DNA of 27,936 nt from Desulfobacterales bacterium (GTDB taxonomy: Bacteria; Desulfobacterota; DSM-4660; Desulfatiglandales; Desulfatiglandaceae), in contig JAMOVZ010000399.1 of the NCBI GenBank assembly GCA_027061865.1, forward strand, positions 1 through 27,936, given 5' to 3'. How positions within the stretch are numbered: position 1 is the stretch's first letter; each line of letters begins with the position of its first letter. Both the position numbers and the translations under genes were made by a program. A model generated the notes under the pieces. It worked only from the letters and a program-made list of their open reading frames with translations. It was not told the origin of the DNA and did no database searches. Shown here in pieces: positions 8,112 to 18,016 of this stretch.

Positions 8112-8708
8112 TTGCATAACATTGAATCCAATAACACGTTAGAAAATAAACCTTGTTCAGATAAAGGTGAGGGTCCGGCGGCCTCTGAAGAAGAGGTAAT
8201 TGCCGCAAGGACAAAAGAGATCCTTGCCCGTTTTCCTCATAAACGCTCCTCCCTCATCCCGATATTACAGGCCATCCAGGAAAGGCTTGGATACATTGAT
8301 GGCATCTCTATGGAGGCAGTGGCCTCCCACCTTGGCCTTGCCTTGGTGGAAGTTTATGGGGTTGCTACCTTTTACAATCAGTTCAGGTTCCATCCCCCCG
8401 GAAGACACCAGATAAAGGTATGCCTTGGCACTGCATGCCATGTACGGGGAGGTGGAATCATCCTGGAGAATTTTGAAAGAAAGCTGGACATAAAGAGTGG
8501 TGAGACCACCAGTGACCGCGAATTCAGCCTTGACAGTGTGGCCTGTGTCGGGTGCTGTGCCTTGGCCCCTGTAGCGGTCATAGATGAAGAAATAAAGGGC
8601 CACATGATGCCGAGCAAGGTGGAGGGAATAATCCTGGGCTTTGAATTGGAAAAAGAAAAGCAAGCAAGGGAAAAACACGATCCTGGGGAAAATGGCGACC
8701 AAGGCTGA
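8112..8708 (+). CDS. NuoE/HydC/HoxE-like [2Fe-2S] subunit
   Basis: LIPILQAIQERLGY, YGVATFYNQF, VCLGTACHVRG and ACVGCCALAP. The TTG start is uncertain. Confidence 0.9.
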   Translation: MHNIESNNTLENKPCSDKGEGPAASEEEVIAARTKEILARFPHKRSSLIPILQAIQERLGYIDGISMEAVASHLGLALVEVYGVATFYNQFRFHPPGRHQIKVCLGTACHVRGGGIILENFERKLDIKSGETTSDREFSLDSVACVGCCALAPVAVIDEEIKGHMMPSKVEGIILGFELEKEKQAREKHDPGENGDQG

Positions 8709-10638
8709 AACTCCACTTAACACCTATGAGAAGATTAAGGAACAGGCCGTCCAGCATTGGCAGAGATTTGAGTCTGCCTCAGTGCCGAAAATAGCCATTG
8801 GGACGGCCACATGCGGGATCGCGGCAGGCGCCCTTGAGACAAAAAAGGCCTTTGAGGAATTTTTGACAGAAGAAGGAATTGAGGCAATTGTGCGCACCGT
8901 GGGCTGCTCAGGACACTGCTATGCAGAGCCCACTGTGGTGATCCACTGCCCTTACACCGACTTTCCCCCTATCCTTTATTACAACGTAACCCCAGGGAAG
9001 GCCCGCATGCTGATCCGCTCGTTTATCAAAGACGGCGACCCTCTTTTTGAATACATGCTGGGAGCAATGGCTCCTGACGAATTGCTCCCCTCAGTAAGTG
9101 ACTTCCCCAGGTTCAGCAAGGAGACCAGGGTGGTCATGGAAAAGTGCGGCCTCATTAATCCTGAAAGCATCTATGAGTATGTGGCCCTCGGGGGATACGA
9201 GGCCCTGGCTAAGGCCCTGGAATTAGAGCCGGAGGGAATCATTCACCAGGTAAAGAGATCTGGTTTGCGGGGCAGAGGGGGAGCAGGGTTTCCCACTGGA
9301 GTGAAATGGGAGATTGCAAGGGAGGCTGAAGGGCCTAATTCGACCAAGTATGTGATTTGTAATGCAGACGAAGGCGACCCAGGCGCCTACATGGACAGAA
9401 CTATCCTTGAGAGCAACCCTCACCAGGTGTTAGAGGGCATGATCATATGTGCGTACGCAATAGGGGCTTCCAAGTGCTTTATCTATGTGAGGGCCGAGTA
9501 CCCGCTTGCGGTAAAGACCATCACCAAGGCCATCGAAGAGGCAGCGCAACTGGGATTCCTAGGAGAATCGGTCCTTGGGAGTTCATTTGATATACAGGTT
9601 GAGGTGTTTCAGGGCTCAGGTGCCTTTGTGTGCGGGGAGGAGACGGCCCTGGTCAGTTCTATTGAGGGAAAGAGGGGAATGCCTAGGCACCGCCCGCCCT
9701 TTCCTGCAGAAAAGGGGCTTTGGGATAAGCCAACGGTCATAAACAACGTAAAGACCTTTGCATCTGTCCCTCCTATTTTAAATCATGGGGCCAGGTGGTT
9801 CCGTAACATCGGCACAGAGAGCAGCCCGGGCACGGCCATATTCTCAGTGGTGGGGGATGTAAAACATGCAGGGCTCGTAGAGATCCCAACCGGGGTCACC
9901 TTGAGGACTCTGGTCTTTGAGATCTGCGGGGGGCCTCCCAACAAGAAGGGGTTTAAGGCTGTACAAATAGGGGGCCCTTCTGGAGGGTGCCTGCCAGAGG
10001 CCTTCCTGGATATTCCAATTGATTTTGACACCCTCACCCAGGCAGGAGCCATGATGGGCTCAGGCGGCATGGTGGTCATGGATGAGGAAACATGCATGGT
10101 GGATGTGGCCCGCTATTTCCTCGAATTCACCCAAAAGGAATCATGTGGAAAATGCACCTTTTGCAGAATTGGGACCCGCCATCTGCTTGAGGTCCTTATG
10201 AGGATAACCAGGGGAGAAGGCGAGAAAGGTGACATTGAACTGCTCGAGGAGCTGGCCCGCCATGTGAAGCTTGGCTCCCTGTGCGGCCTGGGTAGGACAG
10301 CCCCAAACCCAGTGCTCACCTCACTTAAATATTTCAGGGATGAATATGAAGCCCATATAAAGGAAAAAAGGTGTCCTGCCATGGTATGCAGGAGCCTTAC
10401 CGCCTTTTATATTGATCTCGGTAAGTGTGCCAGGGGGTGCGATGCATGTGTGGGCTCCTGCCCCACAAAGGCCATTTTCACCACCCGGGACCGCAAAAAG
10501 GCCATAGATCAAGAACTGTGTGTCAAGTGCGGGGAGTGTGTGGTGGCATGCCCCCCTGAATACAATGCGGTGAGAAAGATCTCTCCTGCACACAAGGTCC
10601 CCATTGTGGAAAGGCCAGAAGAGGATATGCAAGATTGA
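8692..10638 (+). CDS. NuoF/HydB-like FMN/NAD(H)-binding subunit with N-terminal thioredoxin-like Fe-S domain and C-terminal 2x[4Fe-4S] domain
   Basis: GLRGRGGAGFPTG, NADEGDPGAYMDR, GAFVCGEETAL, ESCGKCTFCRIG...SLCGLG, then H-x5-C-x4-C, CARGCDACVGSCP and CVKCGECVVACP. ATG 8692 is preferred as start. Confidence 0.92.
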   Translation: MATKAETPLNTYEKIKEQAVQHWQRFESASVPKIAIGTATCGIAAGALETKKAFEEFLTEEGIEAIVRTVGCSGHCYAEPTVVIHCPYTDFPPILYYNVTPGKARMLIRSFIKDGDPLFEYMLGAMAPDELLPSVSDFPRFSKETRVVMEKCGLINPESIYEYVALGGYEALAKALELEPEGIIHQVKRSGLRGRGGAGFPTGVKWEIAREAEGPNSTKYVICNADEGDPGAYMDRTILESNPHQVLEGMIICAYAIGASKCFIYVRAEYPLAVKTITKAIEEAAQLGFLGESVLGSSFDIQVEVFQGSGAFVCGEETALVSSIEGKRGMPRHRPPFPAEKGLWDKPTVINNVKTFASVPPILNHGARWFRNIGTESSPGTAIFSVVGDVKHAGLVEIPTGVTLRTLVFEICGGPPNKKGFKAVQIGGPSGGCLPEAFLDIPIDFDTLTQAGAMMGSGGMVVMDEETCMVDVARYFLEFTQKESCGKCTFCRIGTRHLLEVLMRITRGEGEKGDIELLEELARHVKLGSLCGLGRTAPNPVLTSLKYFRDEYEAHIKEKRCPAMVCRSLTAFYIDLGKCARGCDACVGSCPTKAIFTTRDRKKAIDQELCVKCGECVVACPPEYNAVRKISPAHKVPIVERPEEDMQD

Positions 10639-10645
10639 AGGTTTT

Positions 10646-11287
10646 ATGGCTCTAGTTAAGATCACAGTGGACGAAACCCTTATCCAGGCTGAAGAAGGGA
10701 AAAACCTGCTGCAAGTGTGTCTGGAAAACCAGATCTACATCCCTAACCTCTGCTATTTGGAGGGGATGGGGGAGCCGCCAGCATCCTGCAGGCTATGCCT
10801 AGTTGAGATTGATGGGGTGGATGGGCCTGTCACTGCTTGTACAACCAAGGTGGGACAAGGAATGGTGGTGAGGACCGACTCAGACCTGGTAAGAGAGCTT
10901 CAGCGCTCTGCTTTGAGGTTGCTCCTCTCCTCCCACCGTGTGGACTGCGCCCACTGCGAGGCTAACAAGAAGTGCGCTCTGCAGGATATAGCAAGGTTCT
11001 TGGGGGTGGGTCTAAAACCTAAAGGGCTGGATCAGATCTTAAAGGAACCGGATTGTGATGACTCGCATCCCCATTTATCGTATTATCCCAACAGGTGTGT
11101 GCTTTGTGGAAGATGTATATATGTGTGCAAGAGGGAACACCCGCTCGCGATGCTCTCCTTTGCCAAGCGCGGTTTTGATACGGTGGTAAGCCTGTATGGT
11201 GCATCCCTAACAAAAGATCTCCCTTGTGTAACCTGCTCCCTCTGTGTGGATATCTGCCCGGTGGGGGCTTTGTTGAGAAAATCTTGA
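10646..11287 (+). CDS. NuoG-N-terminal/HoxU-like Fe-S subunit ([2Fe-2S], His-ligated [4Fe-4S], 2x[4Fe-4S]); no catalytic domain
   Basis: IPNLC...SCRLCLVE...C, HRVDCAHC...C, CVLCGRCIYVC and CVTCSLCVDICPVGAL. The ORF ends immediately after the last cluster motif. Confidence 0.88.
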   Translation: MALVKITVDETLIQAEEGKNLLQVCLENQIYIPNLCYLEGMGEPPASCRLCLVEIDGVDGPVTACTTKVGQGMVVRTDSDLVRELQRSALRLLLSSHRVDCAHCEANKKCALQDIARFLGVGLKPKGLDQILKEPDCDDSHPHLSYYPNRCVLCGRCIYVCKREHPLAMLSFAKRGFDTVVSLYGASLTKDLPCVTCSLCVDICPVGALLRKS

Positions 11288-11299
11288 GGTCGTCTGAAA

Positions 11300-12451
11300 A
11301 TGGGTCAGCAAGAAAATAGCTCCGGATTTGAGCTTGACCGCTATAGGGCACTGTTTCCCATCACCAAGAGATACTGTTTCCTAAACCATGCGGCCATCTC
11401 TCCCTGGTCTACAAGGATAGCACAGGCCGTTGAAGGATTATTGCAGGAATTCTGTGAGCAGGGAATCACTGCATACCCTCAATGGATGAAACGAGTGGAA
11501 CGGGTTAGGGGCCTTTTTGCAACCCTTGTGGGTGCAGATCCAAAAGAGATCGCCTTTGTGGGCAATACCTCTGAGGGCTTAAGTATCGTCGCATCCGGCA
11601 TAAAGTGGAGGGCTGGAGACAAGGTTCTTGTCTCCATGCCCGATTTTCCGGCCAATGTCTATCCCTGGATGAATTTGGAGGCGAAGGGGGTGGAACTGAT
11701 TCCTGTAAATAGAAGGAATGGCAGGCTGGAAGTGGAGGATTTTCGGAAATTGCTCCAGCCAGGGGCTAGGATGATTGCGCTCAGCTCGGTTGACTTTGCC
11801 ACGGGCTTTTATTGCGATCTTCAAGGAATAGGGGAGCTGTGCAAGGAAAAGGGCCTGTTTTTTTGCGTTGATGCTATACAAAGCCTGGGGGCCATCCCTA
11901 TGGATGTGAAGAAGTTTGGCATCCACTTCTTGGCGGCAGGGGGGCAAAAGTGGCTTCTTGGACCCATGGGGTGCGGAGGGCTGTATGTGGATGCAAGCGT
12001 CCTCGGCCTCATTGATCCCATAGTGGTTGGATGGAGGAGTGTAACAAGGGAAGAGGATTTTTTTGACATCCACTTTGAGCTGAAGCCCGATGCCACCAAA
12101 TTCGAGCCTGGCACCCGCAATCTTATGGGAATTTATGCCTTGGGCGCGGCCATTGAACTCTTGCTGGAGGTGGGTATCGAGGGAATTAAGGACAGGATTT
12201 TCGCCTTGAACGATCGGTTTATTGATGGATTGGGGGCCAGGGGCCTTAAGATAATAACGCCCACGGGCGTGCAGGAGAGGTCGGGAATCTTGTGTTTTAA
12301 ACCTAAGAGGGACCCAAAGGCCCTCTTTAGGCACCTGGCCCAAAAAGGCATCATAGTATCAGAAAGGAATAACCTCATAAGGATTTCACCCCACTTCTAC
12401 AATAACGAGGAAGAGGTTCAAAAATTTTTTGCCGCCTTGGATTCGTTTTGA
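11300..12451 (+). CDS. Class V PLP-dependent aminotransferase-fold enzyme
   Basis: FLNHAAISP, VGNTSEGL, DFPANVYPW, VDAIQSLG, AGGQKWLLGP (PLP Lys) and RISPHFYN. Confidence 0.88.
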   Translation: MGQQENSSGFELDRYRALFPITKRYCFLNHAAISPWSTRIAQAVEGLLQEFCEQGITAYPQWMKRVERVRGLFATLVGADPKEIAFVGNTSEGLSIVASGIKWRAGDKVLVSMPDFPANVYPWMNLEAKGVELIPVNRRNGRLEVEDFRKLLQPGARMIALSSVDFATGFYCDLQGIGELCKEKGLFFCVDAIQSLGAIPMDVKKFGIHFLAAGGQKWLLGPMGCGGLYVDASVLGLIDPIVVGWRSVTREEDFFDIHFELKPDATKFEPGTRNLMGIYALGAAIELLLEVGIEGIKDRIFALNDRFIDGLGARGLKIITPTGVQERSGILCFKPKRDPKALFRHLAQKGIIVSERNNLIRISPHFYNNEEEVQKFFAALDSF

Positions 12452-12499
12452 AAATTTCCCGCCTTATGATTGGCAAGCCAGCGGACCTCAGATTTTTGC

Positions 12500-12549
12500 T
12501 TGACTTAGAATTTTTTACCATTTATTCTCTATAGAGAATGATTATCATT
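12500..12549 (+). promoter_or_regulatory. Sigma70-type promoter of perR with overlapping palindromes
   Basis: TTGACT (12500-12505)-N17-TATTCT (12523-12528). A perfect palindrome ATTCTCTATAGAGAAT spans 12524-12539 and a Fur-type 6-1-6 box AATGAT-T-ATCATT spans 12537-12549. Confidence 0.65.
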
Positions 12550-12571
12550 TATAGTTCATCCTATCCTTTCT

Positions 12572-13021
12572 ATGGAACAACATATGGATCCACAGGCTAG
12601 AATGCAACAGATGCTTGAAAAGTTGAGGGAGCAGAAGTTCAGAATCACCCCCCAGAGGCTTGCTGTGGTCAAGATCCTGGCCCATAGCAAGAATCACCCC
12701 AGTGTGGAAATGATCTTTGAGCAGGTGAGGCGGGATTTTCCCACAACTAGCCTTGCCACCATATATAAGACCGTTTCACTTCTCAAAGAACTTGGTGAGG
12801 TGCTGGAATTGGGATTTCCCGAAGGAGGGAACCGTTTCGATGGCAACAATCCTGCACCCCATCCTCACATGATTTGCGTAAGGTGCAAAAAGATAGTGGA
12901 CCCTCCCCTTGAGGCGCTATCCGGTTTGACCAGAGAGGCTTCACAAAAGACTGGCTACACCATATTGAGCCACAGGCTGGACTTCTTCGGCATCTGCCCA
13001 GAGTGCAAACAGAATAACTAG
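12572..13021 (+). CDS. perR: Peroxide-responsive Fur-family repressor PerR
   Basis: RITPQR, HPS, SLATIYKT, RFD, HPHMICVRC, IVD and C-terminal CPEC give PerR-type metal ligands. It lies directly upstream of katG. Confidence 0.85.
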   Translation: MEQHMDPQARMQQMLEKLREQKFRITPQRLAVVKILAHSKNHPSVEMIFEQVRRDFPTTSLATIYKTVSLLKELGEVLELGFPEGGNRFDGNNPAPHPHMICVRCKKIVDPPLEALSGLTREASQKTGYTILSHRLDFFGICPECKQNN

Positions 13022-13065
13022 GACTGAAAATGTATGCTCGCAAAAGCATAGTTAAATTTCCCTTT

Positions 13066-13130
13066 TTATCAATAATTATTATCTCAAAAGATAATTTGTA
13101 TTTTAATAACAATTATCGCTAAATATAATT
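13066..13130. promoter_or_regulatory. AT-rich katG upstream region with a Per-box-like core
   Basis: ATAAT-T-ATTAT at 13072-13082 matches the 11-nt core of the Bacillus Per box TTATAATNATTATAA. Further GATAAT/ATTATC half-sites lie nearby. Confidence 0.5.
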
Positions 13131-13160
13131 TGCTCAAACTAACCAACAAAAAGGAGGTAA

Positions 13161-15332
<2,172 letters not shown>

Positions 15333-15362
15333 ACAAGGCCATGGGGGCACCCCACCGCTGCA

Positions 15363-16499
15363 TTACTTCTTTCTTGTCTCTTCAGGGGTGGGATTGTCCC
15401 CCTCCAGGCCCGGCAGCGGAATGGAACGTGCCCTTCTGATCTCCTCGATCCTGTTGAGGGGCCTTTCAAGCTGCCTTCGCCTGGTGGTGGAAAGCGTTTC
15501 ATACTCTTTCTGCAAGTCACCTATCCGCTTGCCCATGACCTCCAGCTTCTTCAAAAACAAGCTCCACTGCTTCTTAAAGGCGCCCAGAAGGGAGAGGATC
15601 TCTGTGGAGGTCTGCTCAAGGGCGAAATTGTCCACCGCCTGCCGAATCACTGCCAGCACTGCAAAAAGAGTAAGGGGTGAGCAAGGAACCACTTTGCTTT
15701 TCAGGCTGTCATCCAAGATGCTGCTGTCTTGCTCGTGAATAAATGCATATATTTGCTCGTTGGGGATAAAGAGGAGCACATAGTCCAAGGTGTTCTGCTC
15801 AGGATCAATATAGTCCCTCGTGGCTATCTCCCTTATCCTGTTTTTCACATCCCGCAGGAACTCCTTTTTATACCTTGCCCTCTCCAGCTCAGAGTCTGCA
15901 TCAAGGTAGCGCAGGTAATTGTCCAGGGGGAACTTGACATCCATGTTCAGCCTAAAACCTTTGGGCAGAAGAAATGTGTAGTCCGGCCGTGCCCCAGTTC
16001 CATCAATGGCCTTTTGTTTGAGGTAGTTCACATTTTCCTCAAGTCCTGCAAGACGGAGCACATCTTCAGCCATCCGCTCTCCCCACTGGCCCCTCGCCTT
16101 TGTGCTGGAGAGTGCCTCCCTAAGAGAATTTGTTGTCTGAAAAAGGGCCTCGGTCTGCTCTTGAGCAAACTTGAGTTGCCTGGCCAGTTCCCCAAATTTC
16201 ACTGCCCTATCCTTTTCCAGCTCTTTGACCAGTGAAGAGAGGTTTTCCAAGTCATGGTTCATCCGGTTAAGCTGCTGATCTATCAGCTCCTTCTTTGTTT
16301 CAAGCTCTTTTGCGGTAAGCTGGCGTTCTGCATGAAGTCTCGTGCCAAGTTCCTTCAGCATGGTGTCCAGCGCTTCCTTGGTCTCTCTGGCCAGGGCCTC
16401 TGCCCCCTTTGCCTGGACCATCCTCAAGAGAAAGGCAAGGCCCAGCCCCACCAAGACACCTCCCACAAACACCCCGATCAGCAACCACAGATCTTCCAT
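15363..16499 (-). CDS. rmuC: DNA recombination protein RmuC
   Basis: N-terminal TM helix, coiled coil, RGQWGE, RPD, MDVKFPLDNY and VLLFIPNEQIY. GGAGAAGG RBS upstream of ATG 16499. Confidence 0.9.
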   Translation of the reverse strand: MEDLWLLIGVFVGGVLVGLGLAFLLRMVQAKGAEALARETKEALDTMLKELGTRLHAERQLTAKELETKKELIDQQLNRMNHDLENLSSLVKELEKDRAVKFGELARQLKFAQEQTEALFQTTNSLREALSSTKARGQWGERMAEDVLRLAGLEENVNYLKQKAIDGTGARPDYTFLLPKGFRLNMDVKFPLDNYLRYLDADSELERARYKKEFLRDVKNRIREIATRDYIDPEQNTLDYVLLFIPNEQIYAFIHEQDSSILDDSLKSKVVPCSPLTLFAVLAVIRQAVDNFALEQTSTEILSLLGAFKKQWSLFLKKLEVMGKRIGDLQKEYETLSTTRRRQLERPLNRIEEIRRARSIPLPGLEGDNPTPEETRKK

Positions 16500-16542
16500 A
16501 AATATTGCCCTTCTCCAGCCCAATAGCGCCCTTCTCCTGTGC

Positions 16543-16572
16543 ACTCTAAGGGCTTGGCTTCTTTTTTGTCAA
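16543..16572 (-). promoter_or_regulatory. Candidate sigma70 promoter for rmuC
   Basis: Minus-strand TTGACA (16572-16567)-N18-TAGAGT (16548-16543). Confidence 0.4.
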
Positions 16573-16633
16573 CCCTCCCCTTAGGGCCGTCGTCTAAAGG
16601 AGAAACGAAAATCCTTGAATATTGGAATGAATT

Positions 16634-17197
16634 GTGGATATAGTTCGATCCATGGACCGGGATGCCAAACCTCATATCATGATATTGGGCGTGGGGAATA
16701 TCCTGTTCCGTGACGAGGGGCTGGGGGTTCGGGTCATAGAGCGCCTCCAACAACTATATGAATTTCCAGGACATGTCTCTGTGGTTGACGGCGGTGTGCT
16801 TGGCCTGAATCTTCTAGGAACAATAGCGGAACCAGATAAGCTGATCGTAGTGGATGCAATAAGAAACGGTGGCAGCCCAGGAACCCTTTACAGGCTCTCT
16901 GGTGAGGAAATCCCCAAGAGGATCTTTGCCAAAAACTCGCTTCACCAAGTAGACCTCCTGGAGGCCCTTACCTTGTGCCAGGCCCTTGATAAAGTGCCAG
17001 AGACCGTAATCATAGGCGTGGAACCAGAAGACATTGAAACCCTGAGCATAGAGTTAACTGAAACTGTAAGGGCCAGGATTGATGATCTGATAGCAAAGGT
17101 TTTGGAGGAATTGGCCCGCCTTGGGGTCAGTCCCACAAGGAAACAGGACATGGGGATGGAAGACGATGTGCCTTGCAATACCTGCCAAGATCGTTGA
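16634..17197 (+). CDS. [NiFe]-hydrogenase maturation protease (HyaD/HybD family)
   Basis: LGVGNILFRDEGLGV, VDGG, IVVDA and SLHQ. The start may be GTG 16634 or ATG 16652. Confidence 0.9.
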   Translation: MDIVRSMDRDAKPHIMILGVGNILFRDEGLGVRVIERLQQLYEFPGHVSVVDGGVLGLNLLGTIAEPDKLIVVDAIRNGGSPGTLYRLSGEEIPKRIFAKNSLHQVDLLEALTLCQALDKVPETVIIGVEPEDIETLSIELTETVRARIDDLIAKVLEELARLGVSPTRKQDMGMEDDVPCNTCQDR

Positions 17198-17399
17198 GAT
17201 AAGGGACGGAATGGGAATAATAGATATGGATGGGACCCGCAGGGAAGTCAGCCTCCTCTTACTGGAAGAACCCAAGGTGGGGGAGTATGTAATAGTTCAT
17301 GCAGGTTTTGCCATCCACAAGGTTGATGAACAAGAGGCCCAGGAGTCTTTAAAAGTGCTAAGGGAACTGGCTGCCATGGGTTCAAAGGATAGCACATAA
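17166..17399 (+). CDS. hypC: Hydrogenase maturation chaperone HypC/HupF
   Basis: Diagnostic N-terminus MCLAIP and GEYVIVHAGFAI. It overlaps the protease 3' end by 32 nt. Confidence 0.93.
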   Translation: MCLAIPAKIVEIRDGMGIIDMDGTRREVSLLLLEEPKVGEYVIVHAGFAIHKVDEQEAQESLKVLRELAAMGSKDST

Positions 17400-17419
17400 A
17401 ATGGAAGAGGGGGTTTCCC

Positions 17420-17448
17420 TTGACAAGGTAATTAATTTTTATTAAGGT
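17420..17448 (+). promoter_or_regulatory. Candidate sigma70 promoter for cytochrome c3
   Basis: TTGACA (17420-17425)-N17-TAAGGT (17443-17448). Confidence 0.5.
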
Positions 17449-17533
17449 TGTGCAGGTTTTCACATGAGTGGATTTATATGTTTCCAGGAGTTTGAGGGGG
17501 GTTAACGGCTAACAAAAGGAGGTGAACGCGGTA

Positions 17534-17956
17534 ATGAAGGGGAAATTTTTAGGCGCATTTATAGGTGTTCTTGTTTGTTTCATGTTCGTGGCAGGAGGGG
17601 CCTTGACAGCAGCCGATGTGCCCGAAAAGGTCACAATAGAAAATTCGGGCTATAAAAAAGACAAGAAAGGGCCCGTAATACTTTCACACAAAAAACATTC
17701 AGCCGAGTACAAGGTGGCCTGCACAGAGTGCCATCACGTTTATAAGGACGGCAAGAATGTGTGGAAGGAGGGGGACCCGGTAAAGAAATGCTCAGAGTGC
17801 CACAACCCTAAGAAAAAACAAGGTAAAATTTTAAAACTGCAAAACGCCTATCACAAAAACTGCAAAAGCTGTCACAAAAAAATCATAAAGGCGGGAAAAG
17901 GCAAGCCGCCATTCAAAAAGTGCACCCAGTGCCACCAGAAAAAGAAGAAAAAGTAG
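17534..17956 (+). CDS. Periplasmic tetrahaem class III cytochrome c3
   Basis: Sec signal peptide, four CxxCH motifs (CTECH, CSECH, CKSCH, CTQCH) and four distal His (SHKKH, CHH, AYH). AGGAGG upstream. Confidence 0.93.
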   Translation: MKGKFLGAFIGVLVCFMFVAGGALTAADVPEKVTIENSGYKKDKKGPVILSHKKHSAEYKVACTECHHVYKDGKNVWKEGDPVKKCSECHNPKKKQGKILKLQNAYHKNCKSCHKKIIKAGKGKPPFKKCTQCHQKKKKK

Positions 17957-17975
17957 AACCCTTCAAGCATTACAT

Positions 17976-18007
17976 CAAAAAGGGGAGCTGGTCGGCTCCC
18001 CTTTTTG
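17976..18007. terminator. Bidirectional intrinsic terminator between cytochrome c3 and the BASS gene
   Basis: CAAAAAGGGGAGC-TGGTCG-GCTCCCCTTTTTG is a perfect 13-bp inverted repeat with A/T tracts on both sides. Confidence 0.85.
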
Positions 18008-18016
18008 CTATGAGCC

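Noticed and set aside
8112-11287. Respiratory complex I nuoEFG
   Set aside because: There are no nuoA-D or nuoH-N genes, the G-like subunit is only about 213 aa, and the F-like subunit has extra Fe-S domains absent from complex I.
11300-12451. Cysteine desulfurase IscS/SufS
   Set aside because: The catalytic Cys loop motif is absent and there are no isc/suf neighbours.
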